Shown here in pieces: positions 53,413-64,000 of a stretch of DNA of 64,000 bases; position 1 is the stretch's first letter, and each line of letters opens with the position of its first letter. The DNA lies in contig MU053493.1 of assembly GCA_013239625.1 (NCBI GenBank), forward strand, positions 248,001 through 312,000, in the 5' to 3' direction. Origin of the DNA: Lama guanicoe. Taxonomy: Eukaryota. A model generated the notes under the pieces. The model was given only the letters and a program-made list of their open reading frames with translations, did not search any database and was not told where the DNA came from. The position numbers and the translations under genes are program-made.

Positions 53413-53430
53413 TGGAGGCACCAGTAAGAT
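53413..53430 (+). other. Primer binding site, probably tRNA-Thr
   Basis: TGGAGGCACCAGTAAGAT matches the recalled tRNA-Thr(UGU) complement TGGAGGCCCCAGCGAGAT at 15/18 positions; two of the differences are at a CpG. Confidence 0.7.
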
Positions 53431-54619
53431 TCCAACTGTGCTGGTCCCTTGAGCCACCAGGGCAATGTAGCAACCACTTGGAGGTCGGGGAACCCCAAAA
53501 GTGAATGAGGCAGCCCACCACCCAATGGTATTCTGGGTCCTCCCTCACTGAGGTGGTTAAGTCCTCTGGGCAGCTGAACCCTGACTGGATTCGGTGGATG
53601 GATTGATCAACTCACCAGGGAGCACTTCCTTACCAGGTAGGAACCAGGGAATAGTACATAGTCAGGTCCTGTTCCAGTGGACAGAAGAGGAGACTGATCA
53701 CCTCTTAAGGGTTCCCTGATTGGGAACATAGGTCAGGAATCCTCCAGTTGGGGGTGGAATGTGAAATTAACCTCTCATTGTGTGTGTGAGTGTGTGTGTG
53801 GCCTGATCCACTTGCCCCTCAGGTTCAAGTCTGTAGCTCCACGGTGCTATGCTAAGGAATTTGAGTGAGTCCCAACCTGCCATTCTGTGGTGACTTCATA
53901 TGTCTCAGGGTGGTATTGACCCTTCAAGGTATCGATCAGTGTCAGTGGATTATACTGACCCACCAATGCTAAGAGGCACCAACGTTCCCAAGAGAGGATT
54001 GGCCAGGCAGATGCAACAAAAGTCCCTCCCTTTGTCTTGTCTGTGACACCAGCACAGGCTGGCCTCACAGGGAGGGAAAGGGATGTAGATCATCCCATGA
54101 GTAAGCGACCCCTGTGCTCTCAGGGACAAGGCATGAATTCTTTGAGAAAGTTTCCAACATGACCATATCATCAGACCTCTGAGATATTTTGTTGTGATTA
54201 GTGAACCAGCCCCAGTACTGCCCTTTCTGTCTGACATTGAGATCTCAAGATGTGAGCCAGGAAGGGCTTCCCTAGGACTGACTGCACCCCTTCTTGGAGG
54301 CCACTTTTTGGTCCACTTGTTTTGTCACTGGCCTGCCATTCCACCCCCATGCTTCATCAGTTCAGGTTATAGAGAGGTCTTTATACAAGGGCCCTTGAAA
54401 TTTATCCAAGCACTAGCATTTGTCAGAGATTTCTTTCCTGGGAGAAACCCTGACTCATTGGCAATGCTTGCAGCCAAGCAGATATTAGACCGGTGAGGCA
54501 GCTGGCTTTTGGGGAGCTCCACTGTTTTGAGGAGTGGGGGAAACAGAGATACTGGGGTCACCATCCATGTTGCCAAAAGCAGACCCACACCTATAGGCCA
54601 TAAAATATACCAGCTAACA

Positions 54620-56134
54620 ATGGAGGCCTCAAAGTCAAAGCTGACTGCTCTGGACTGCAGGATTAAACATTTCAAAAAGGTCTCAGGAGATTATGGAGTT
54701 CAATTGATACCAGGAAAATTGCACACACTGTGCGAGCTAGAATGGCCTACGTTTGGAGTGGGATGGCCCTCAGAAGGCACATTTGACCTGCCAACTGTCC
54801 AGGCCATATACCAAGTGATTACCAAGACCCCAGGGCACCCCAACCAATTTCCACATATTGAATCTTGCCTGACAATTGCCCAAACCTTGCCTCCATGAGT
54901 CCAGTTCTGTGTAAATGGTCAGGGACAGTGTAGGATCTTCGTGGCCCAAATATTAAAGGTGAAAAAGGAAGATATGATGAAGTTGATCCTTCAGGGGGAC
55001 CCTGAAGAAGAGCTATTGATACCCTCAACATATATTCCCCCTGCTTCTATGGCTCCACCACAGCCACCGCTACTGGGTACTCCACCTCCATCTGTGTCTC
55101 CACTTCCACAACCCCTGGCTCCAAGCCAAGAGCCCATAGGGAGAAGACTTCACTCAGCCCAGTGAGTCACATAGTGAGTTGCCACCCTCCAGATGCCTCT
55201 TTGGGAGATCCAAGGGTCCCAACAAGTAAGTGATGTTGGCTCTGTGCAACCTGGCTGCTCCATACTATACTATCAGCCATTCAGCACAACAAATCTCTTA
55301 ACCTGGTGACACCTTGCTCTGCCTAATTCAGAAAAACCTCAGGCTATGATGAGCTCCTAGGGTCTATCTTCCAGATCCACCAAACAACCTGGGACGACAT
55401 CTGTAAGCTGCTCCTAACACTAACAATGAAGAAAGACAGTGTATCCTGATAGAAACCAGAAAGTTGCTACAAGGGTGGGCTCTGAGAAGGGACTCTAGAT
55501 GCAGAAAGATTCAGCCCTCAGAAGGAAATCAAACTGGGACTTTAACACCCAAGCCAAATGAAAGGCTCAGCATGAAAAATGGAGCTCCCTCCTACATGGG
55601 TAGTGAGCTGGAGCAAAGAAGCCAATCAAGTCCAAGATCACCATGGTGATCCAAAGGCCAGATAAGTCCCCCATGGACTTCCATGAGAGGCTATGCAAAG
55701 CTTTTCAGATCTGCACTTCATTTGACCCCGAGACCCCTGAAAACCAGTGAACAGTCAGTGCTGCTTTCATAGCCCTGTCCTTCACTGACATCTGCCGGAA
55801 ACTCCAAAAGCTAGGTTTTCCTGGATTGAATTCTACTCAACTGCTGGAGGTAGCAAACAAGATCTTCATCAACCAAGACCATGAAGCCCAATGAAAAGCT
55901 GACAAATGGATGAAACAGAAATCATCCTTGTTGGCAGCAGCACTAAGGTGTCCCAATCCAAACCGTCATCCCTCCCCACCACAGAAGGAGGTTGGATGCT
56001 GGAAAAATCAGTACCCTCATCAAGGAGAGGCAAAAATCAACCAAAGAGAAAGCGACTCACCAGTAAAGGAAAATATCAACCCAAGCCGCCCTCTGAGGGA
56101 CCTCATCATATTGACATGGTTGGACTCAGACTAG
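54620..56134 (+). pseudogene. gag: ERV gag (disrupted)
   Basis: MEASKSKLTALDC..KHFKK..GDYGVQL.PGKLHTLCELEWPTFGVGWPSEGTFD matrix, proline-rich segment, MHR-like SPMDFHERLCKAF, ends LDSD-TAG. Confidence 0.9.
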
Positions 56135-59100
56135 GGGTTATTGAGCTCCCTGCTCCTGGGCCCCCAGGAGCCCATGGTCGAGATGGTGGGGGGCCAACCA
56201 ATGACATTTATGGTGGACATCGGTATGGAATATTCAGTGGTAACAAAACTTGTGGCCCCCTTATCTGAGAAAAAGACAACTATTTTGTGAGCCATCCTCG
56301 ATTATGCCAGCTGGGAGGACATCTGTAACTCAGAATTTCTATACCTACCAAAGCATCCCATCCCCTTTTTGGGAAGAGACTTACTACAAAAACTGTGTGG
56401 GCTCAGATAATGTTCTTTCCAGAAAAACAAACACATCTGACTCTGAAAGGGAGGGAAGCTCTGCTCATGATGGTGATCATGCCCCAAGAAGAAGAATGGA
56501 GTTTATACCAAGTGAAAAGTGCTCAGACAATCCCTGACTCTCTGCTGAAGGGATCCCCCTCTATCTGGGCAGAAGGGGGCCTACGGTTTGGAACAAAACC
56601 ATGCACCGCTGGTAATACACCTATGACCAGGTGTGATCCTGGCCAATCTATGAAAGTATCCCATACCCAGAGAAGCCTTCCTGGGAATTCAGAAGCATAT
56701 CCAGTGCTTGTGTGATGAGGGAATTCTTATAGAGTGCCAATCTCCATGGAATATGCGCCTCCCTCCCATCAAAAATGCAGAAGGAAAAGACGATTGACCA
56801 TTGCAGGATTTGCAAGTAGTCAATAGTGCTCCAACCATGATACATTCGGTGGCCCCAAACCCTTATCTGAGACTCCTACCAGCCTGAGTCAAGTGGTTCA
56901 CCTGCCTACATCTCAAAGATGCTTTCTTCTGCCTCAGGCTGGCACTGGCCAGTCAGCCAATATTTCCTTTCGAGTGAGAGGACCCCCACATGGGCAGGAA
57001 CACTCAGTTGACCTGGACCCACTTACCACAGGGTTTTAAAAACCCACACACCCTGTTTTGGGAAGCACTGGCCATGGACTTGACTGCTTTTCTGGGAGAA
57101 GCTCTAAACTGTACCCTGTTTCAGTATGACCTGTCCAGCCTCAATCAAGAGGACTGTTGAAAGGGAATTCGGGCCTTATTAGCCTTGTTATCAGACGCTG
57201 GCTATAAAGTCTCTTGGTAGAAGGCAAAGATCTGTAAATAGACAGTCAGTTATCTCCTGTTTATTTTCTCATAAGGACACCAGGTTTTGGGCCTGGTGCA
57301 GAAACAAGCCATTTGTGATATACCTCAGTCAGGCACAAAGAAAGAGGTCCATGAATTTCTGGGGGAAGCAGGGTTCTGCCAAATCTGGATCCCTGGCTTC
57401 TCAAACATAGCCAAGCACCTGTACAAAGGCTCCATGGGATCTGGGAAGGAAACATTTGACTGGGAACCTAAGCAGGGAGAAGCATTCAACAAGATCAAAG
57501 AACTGCTGATGAGTGCCCCAGCGCCAGGACTACCAGATGTGATGAGAGAATTCAACTTGTTCATCCATGAAAAGAATCACACAGCCCTAGGGGTCATTAC
57601 CCAAGCAATGGGGTCATGGCAGTGGCCCATAGCCTATTTGCCAAAATGCCTGGACCCAGTGGTGTTAACATGGCCACCATGCTTACGAGCATTGGTTGCA
57701 ACATTAACCCTGGTCAAGGAGGCAGACAAGCTCAATCTCAGGCAGGTTATCAATGTAAAGTTTCTGCACACAGTCACCACCCTGATGAACAGCCAGGGGC
57801 ATCTATGGCTGACCAACACTAGGATGACACATTACCAAGGACTCCTTTGTGAAAATCCCAGGATCCTCCTGGAGATGGTGAGAACCTTAAACCCAGCCAC
57901 CTTCCTGCCCAAAGGACAGAGACCACCTGATCACAACTGTGAGGTAGTAATAAAGGAGGTCTACTCAAGCAGGCCTGATCTGTCTGATATTCCTCTCCAG
58001 AACTATAAACTTGAAATTTTTACAGATGGGACTAACTACATGCAGGATGGACAACATAAGGCAGGATATGTGGTGACCATGGCACATGAGATATTAAAGG
58101 CAGAACCTCTACTGCAGGGCTGGATGGCACAGAAGGCAGACATATGGGCACTCATCCAGGTATTGTGAGAGGGAAAAGGAAAGCAGGTCAACATTTACAT
58201 GAACTCTCAGTATACATTTGCTACCCTGCATATACATGGTGCAATATATAAAGAAAAGGGTCTGTTAACAGCTGCAGGAAAACAGATCAAAAATAAAGAT
58301 GAGATATTACAACTGTTAGAGGCAGTTTGGGAGCCTGCAGAGGTGTTGGTCATCCACTGCAAAGGACTCCAAAAGGGAAATGATCCCATAAGCAGAAGAA
58401 ACTGATTGGCAAATCAGGCTGTGCAAGAAGTGGCAAGTCAACTGGGCCATGCCAGAGATTGAGGGACCATTGTGAAGGTTCTGCTAGCACCCAAGCTGCC
58501 AGAACCTCCAAGATACAGCTGAGAGGGAAACATATGCGTCAGGACTGAAGGAGAAACCAAAGGAGAGGAAGGATTTTGGATGATGCCTGATAAATGAATA
58601 TACATACCTGAACAATTAGCCCAAAAGGTTATCCGACAGCAAGATGAACTCACCCACCTGGAAAAGACTGCCTTAGAGGCCCTGCTAGAGTGGTATTATC
58701 TGATTGCTCGACTTCCTTCCCTTTGTGTCTTAATTTCACTGTGCTGCCTCTTATGTGCCCAGAAAAATGTGAAACTGGTTCCAGCTGGGCTCAGGGGAAA
58801 CCAGCACTGTGGCCAGGCCCCTTTTGAAGATAAGGAAGTGGATTTCACTGAAATATGGCCTAGTAGAGGTTACAAATATTTGCTGGTTTTTGTCTACACC
58901 TTTTCAGGATGGGTGAAGTCATATCCGACACAGACTGAAGAAGTGAGAAAAGTAACAAAGGTCTTATTCAGAGACATTATTGCCAGATTTGGGATGCCAT
59001 TGACCATAGAGTCAAAGGACCTGCATTTGTGGTGGAGATAGTACAACAAGAGGCAAAAGAGCTAAACATCCACTGGAATCTGCATGCTGCCTACAGGCCC

Positions 59101-59720
59101 CAGAGTTCAGGGGCAGTAGAGTGCATGGGAAAAATCCTAAAGCATATTATCTCCAAACTCAGTCAGGGAACTCAACTACCTTGGACTGAGATTTTGCCCC
59201 TGGATCTCCTGCAGGTACGCTGTGTAAATTTGGACCAAGATAGGGTTCTCTCATTTTGAAATCTTGCATGGGAGACCACCTTCCCTGAGTAGACTAGGAG
59301 AAAACATTAAGGAGGTAGGAAGTTCATAACTTCATAAGCAAATACAGGGCCTCAGAAAGACCATATGAGAGGTTCATATATGAATAACTGACAGGATTCA
59401 GTGTCACTGGGAATGACACTACAGCCCTACAAACCTGGGACCAAGTCTGGGTAAAAGATTGGAAAAAGGAGCCTCTCAAACCCACTTGGAAACAGTCTCT
59501 ACCCAGTTATATTAATCACCCGAAGAACTCTCAAATTTGCAGAAATCATCCTGTAGATTCACCACACCAGGGTGAAGAGGGCAGACCCACCTCAAAATGA
59601 GGACTTTTGGAAAATCAATCAGGTTCCTGGAGAGCCACTAAAATTCAGGATCTGTGAAATGCCCACCACACATCTGGAGAACACTGAGCCCTGCTCTTGC
59701 CACATCCTGAATATGGCTAG
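56135..59720 (+). pseudogene. pol: ERV pro-pol (disrupted)
   Basis: GPQEPMV, FMVDIG.EYSVV (protease), LHLKDAFF, QLTWTHLPQGFKN, 293-aa open stretch 57287-58168 (FLGEAGFCQIWIPGF...FTDG), IHCKG, integrase DFTE and AYRPQSSG.VE. Confidence 0.92.
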
Positions 59721-59959
59721 TAAACACACGGTGGAAGCTTGAAGAAATCACCAAGGATGAGCTGAGACAGATTAATTGAAACACTCCTTTTAATAGGGGT
59801 CACAACTGTGATGACTGAGCATTGCCACCCCTTGCTTCTCTCCCCCATAATAATCCCTGTTCTAACCCTCACTTTAGGACTGACTGTAGTAGCTCCTGCT
59901 GACTGGCCATACTCCAGGAAACTCCTATTGGCAGTTCCATATCTCCTTATGGTAGGATG

Positions 59960-61010
59960 CCTCACAAATATCCTATGCCTGTGAACTGGGTCTCTCCTTG
60001 GGAAAAGCAAAGAATGGACAGAATTGTAACCCTTGTCCTGCTTTTATGGATAACCTCCCCTTGCATGATGAAAGGTCACCCATCCATGGAGACTGGTGGT
60101 AACCCAAATGGCAGGGATTGCCAAGCAGAGGGAATGCTGGGCTTGCCTAAGAGAGGACACAAAATATAATATGCCTACAGTTCCCCTCCTGGCCTATCCT
60201 GCCTCTCTGGAGGACCTAATGTTGCTAACACTGTCTATAAGTGGGTTCTATGCTATTGTATGAAATAAAACTGAGCTGGCATGGCAAGTGGTAACCCAAA
60301 TGGCAGGGATTGCCAAGCAGAGGGAATGCTGGGCTTGCCTAAGAGAGGACACAAAATATAATATGCCTACAGTTCCCCTCCTGGCCTATCCTGCCTCTCT
60401 GGAGGACCTAATGTTGCTAACACTGTCTATAAGTGGGTTCTATGCTATTGTCTGAAATAAAACTGAGCTGGCAGGAGCAGGGGGAGGACCATGTCCCCAC
60501 AGGTATGAGAGAGAAACCAGACCAGCCAGCCCCTCTTTGGGATTATACCTTGGGTATGCAATCAAACTTATGGGAAACTTCTCAATATGCTTCCAAAACT
60601 TATATAGTGATGAAGGCAATGAGATAGGATATGGTAAAGAGGCCTACTGCAATTACACCTTGTCATTCAACCAGACAATCCTAGATTGGGAACCATGGGG
60701 GGAATGATGATAAATATGATGTGTACTGTAATTTTACCTGGGGAGGACTAAATTTTACCTGGGGAGGCAAAGTCCATAATGTGACAATATAGTACAGTGA
60801 AACAATCCTGCCAATAAACAGCACCAACAGGACGATCAGCCAAGATTATGTTTGGATAGGCCAGAAAACTGAGGCCCTCTTCAATCTGACCACAAGTGAC
60901 CTAACAGACAGAAGTAATCCATATATGTTGCAGGTGATGTTAAGATCCCAGCCATATAGATACTGAGTAACAGCAGCTGATGAAAACTGATGCTCAGTCC
61001 AGGAGTGAAG
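59960..61010 (+). pseudogene. env: env remnant (signal peptide / SU part; TM not recognisable)
   Basis: Lies between pol and the PPT. Hydrophobic MDRIVTLVLLLWITSP. Only about 1 kb including a 186-bp duplication. Confidence 0.55.
60096..60473 (+). repeat. Tandem duplication, 2 x 186 bp with a 6-bp spacer
   Basis: 60096-60281 versus 60288-60473. One mismatch seen (tgtatgaaat / tgtctgaaat). Confidence 0.95.
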
Positions 61011-61030
61011 AGAGCATTAAAAGAGGGGAA

Positions 61031-61354
61031 GAAAGGTTCCAGCAAGACCTTCCTGGCAGGGCCTATGTCTTCCCACTTTTGTGATTCCGTAAAACTATTT
61101 GCTTCTAGGAAAATGAAATCTACCCCTAAAATTCCATTGGTTTCCAAAAGCTTACTCCTGATTGCTCCAATTCAAATGCCTCATTTGCATATGGGGCAAA
61201 CTTAATCAAAACCTAAAACCTCATAACAGCCTGTGAAAATCTACAGATGGGGTCCAGAGCTTGAAGTGTTAATTCCTACTGGCATAATAAACCTGAGTTC
61301 TCCAACCCTCCAAGTTTCACTTGGTCTCTTGACGGGACTCAGTTTCCTGTAACA
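61031..61354 (+). promoter_or_regulatory. Provirus 3' LTR (first ~20 nt apparently lost)
   Basis: ttgcttctaggaaaatgaaat.tacccctaaaat, gtccagagcttg and aataaacctgagtt are shared with the 5' LTR. Ends tgtaaca. Confidence 0.88.
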
Positions 61355-62517
61355 CTGCTCAATGATAGTACGTGACAAATACTTTAGAAACTGCTTACTT
61401 TCTACTTTTCTCTGTAAAAGAAAGTTGACTAATGGTTAAGAATTCTAATCAATATATGTAAATCCCCCTATGACTAATAACAGTAAAGAAAAATATTCCT
61501 GTATGCAAGGAAAGTAAGATATGTTTTGTTAAGGAAAGATATGAAGGATGTGTTTTTCTTATGGAAGAGAGAGTGTAATTTCATTAAAAATATAGATTGT
61601 ATGCTTTTCTGGAATGAGAAAAAGTAAATAATAAAATGAAAGACTGAATAGATATTTTTTAATTAGAGAAGATTTGTAGGAAAGGAATCTTGGAAAAAGA
61701 ATCTTGTATTGGCAAACTGTCATAAGTTTGATGGAATTATTTACATTATTTTAAATATTACTCATAAAATTAATACTACACTGATCTAAGACTAGAATTG
61801 GGTTCTGTCACTCTCCTAAAACAATAAAAAAATTTCTGAGATTATTGATCTGTTCTCAATAAGAAACATTTTTAAAGATTTTTCTTTAATATTCAAGTAA
61901 TCTATGAAATCAAAATTTTGTTTATTAAAATAAGTTCCTGTGCTTCATGTTGCTTTAAGTTATTTGATTACTTAAGAAAACTATGTCTTCTCAATATTAA
62001 TAGAGCTAACTCTTTTACAACTCTGTGACTCTGCATGTGATTTTGACATCTTGTAATTGTCACTTTGGTTAAATGGACAACAAAGAATTGTTTTATAGTG
62101 ACCTACCATCTTATTTAGTCAAATGTCTAGGCCCTATTTATGTACCTAACAAGTTCCCAAAATCAAATTTCAAATGGAATATTTGACCTCAGAGGCCTCT
62201 GGAAATATCCTTAACAATTTGCCTCCCACCTTGAAAAAGAGAGATGCTAAACTAATCAGGTTTACTTGGTATTTTAAATTCCGTGCCAGCTAAGAAGTGA
62301 TGATAAACCTTCTTAGCTTATACGTGTATGGATATGTGCTATTATATAGGTCTTTACAAGATAGTAAGAAGTTCATAGAAATCTGTCAATATGCTCAATG
62401 TATATTTTTTATCATAAAATTTTATATGCCACACAAATGACTAATTTTTCTTATCAAGTGAACTCTCATCAAAACTTTAATCATGATCATTTTGTCATTT
62501 ATCATCCAAAGACTGTT

Positions 62518-63168
62518 TTTTTAAAACGTTTTTATTGATTTATAATCATTTTACCTAGTTGTGTCAAATTCCAGTGTAGAGCACAATTTTTTAATTATAC
62601 TTGGACATATATATATATTCATTGTCACATTTTTTTCTCTGTGAGATATCATAAGATATTGTATATATTTCCCTGTGCTATACAGTATAATCTTGATTAT
62701 CTATTCAACATTTTAAAACCCCAGTCTATCCCTTCCCAACCCCTGCCCCCTTGGCAACCACAAATTTGTATTCTATGTCTATGAGTCTCTTTTTGTTTGT
62801 ATTTATGTTTTGTTTGTTTCTTTCTTTCTTTTAGATTCCACATATGAATGATCTCATATGGATATTTCTTTCTCTTTCTGGCTTACTTCACTTAGAATGA
62901 CAATCTCCAGGAGCATGCATGTTGCAGCAAATGGCATTGCTGCAAATGGCATTCTTTTATTCTTTTTTTATGGCTGAGTAGTATTCCATTGTATGTGTAT
63001 ACCACATCTTCTTTATCCAGTCATCTGTAGATGAACGTCCGGGTTGTTTCCATGTCTTGGCTATTGTAAATAGTGCTGAACATTGGGGTGCAGGTGTCAT
63101 CCTGAAGTAAGGTTCCTTCTGGATATATGTCCAGGAGTGGGATTCCTGGGTCATATGGTAAGTCTATT
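62518..63168 (-). mobile_element. Short 5'-truncated LINE-1
   Basis: TSD caaagactgtt at 62507-62517 and 63169-63179, T-tail, L1 3'UTR and end of ORF2. Confidence 0.93.
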
Positions 63169-63443
63169 CAAAGACTGTTATTATTTGACTTTGAGTCTTC
63201 TAAAAAAAAGTGTTTATAATTGGCTCTAGGCAGGAATTATCACTGATAGCATCACTTAAATAACGTTGAGACCATGAAGGTTCCTTCTGGATATATATCC
63301 AGGAGTGGGGTTCCTGGGTCATAAGGAAAGTCTATTCAAAGACTGTTATTATTTGACTTTGAGTCTTCTAAAAAAAGTGTTTATAATTGGCTATAGGCAG
63401 GAATTATCACTGATAGCATCACTTAAATAACGTTGAGACCATG
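63109..63443 (+). repeat. Tandem duplication, 2 x ~168 bp, spanning the L1 5' junction
   Basis: 63109-63276 versus 63277-63443, with about 5 substitutions and 1 indel. Confidence 0.95.
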
Positions 63444-64000
63444 TCTTTAGTCTGAGTAAAAATTTTCAAAACTACTGAAAAAGCTAATGGAATCATATAA
63501 CAGCTAAACCAAGAAAAGTGAGAATATAAATCAGTTTCATGAGTTTCAATGAACTAATGAGTGCCATTATAATCCTTGATGATTTTCTTTGAAACACTGC
63601 TGGTTTTTTAATGCTTTTTAAAAAAACTTTAAGGAACCTTTTTTGTTAAACTATGTGTAACTTATAGCAATTTGTTAATGTAATCCTTTGGGAACAAAAA
63701 TGCAACAATGATTTTTACTGCTTATCTGATGTCCTACAATTTGAAAACTCTTAAAGAGTATTCTTAGCTTTATGGCAATATGATTATTTGCATAAATTCA
63801 ATAAGAATCTCTTCTCCTTGTGAAAGGAAACAATCGGAAGCATCTGTTATTTTACCAAGGATTTGACTGGAATGTCAAATTAGGGAAGGATGTACCTAGA
63901 ATGAGGTAGAACCAGAAAGTTTAAAGGAACTAAAGTGGATTTTAAGGGGCCAATATTTATAAAAATCCATTGGAAATTACAACCTGTACCCATCTTAAAG

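Larger units (their letters stand above)
53062..61354 (+). mobile_element. Gamma-like (class I, HERV-E/ERV3-like Gag) endogenous provirus, fully decayed
   Basis: Two homologous LTRs, PBS, gag-pro-pol, env remnant, PPT aaaagaggggaa (61019-61030). Confidence 0.93.
48692..64000 (+). mobile_element. MER67-like ERV internal sequence, array copy 4 (host of nested MER2, L1s and provirus), continues beyond window end
   Basis: Segments 48692-49921, 52195-53061, 61355-62517 and 63169-64000 are colinear with copies 1-3. Confidence 0.75.

Noticed and set aside
57287..58168. 293-aa ORF as a domesticated pol-derived gene
   Set aside because: A surviving stretch of a decayed pol. It lacks the RT catalytic core and stops within RNase H.
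59960..61010. Syncytin-like co-opted env
   Set aside because: No long ORF and no recognisable furin site, immunosuppressive domain or TM.
1..64000. CRISPR arrays or prokaryote-type systems
   Set aside because: Mammalian repeat-derived DNA with no regularly spaced repeat-spacer structure or operon-like ORFs.

Overview
Mammalian DNA, most likely camelid (a Vic-1-type tRNA-derived SINE is present), made almost entirely of transposable elements. I found no intact host gene and no evidence for a new protein-coding or RNA system. Contents: (i) many LINE-1s, including two decayed full-length copies on the minus strand (3076-10456, 34011-41707), a young 5'-truncated copy with a 734-aa open ORF2 and a perfect 16-bp TSD, a 5'-inverted copy, and several 5'UTR+ORF1-only (HAL1-like) elements; (ii) a full-length TUBA1A processed pseudogene; (iii) an old gamma-like provirus (LTR-PBS(Thr)-gag-pro-pol-partial env-LTR, 53062-61354); (iv) ERV-L gag/pol remnants with an MLT2-type LTR; (v) MER4-group non-autonomous ERV1 elements (MER67-like and MER41-like LTRs); (vi) a MER2/Tigger-like DNA transposon. 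The most interesting signal is architectural. Shared insertion junctions indicate that the window is an ancient tandem and partly inverted array of one unit (an ERV-L provirus carrying a nested MER67-like provirus), repeated about four times, with each copy later gaining different insertions. Repeat family names come from recalled consensus similarity and were not checked against a database. Divergence figures are by-eye estimates.
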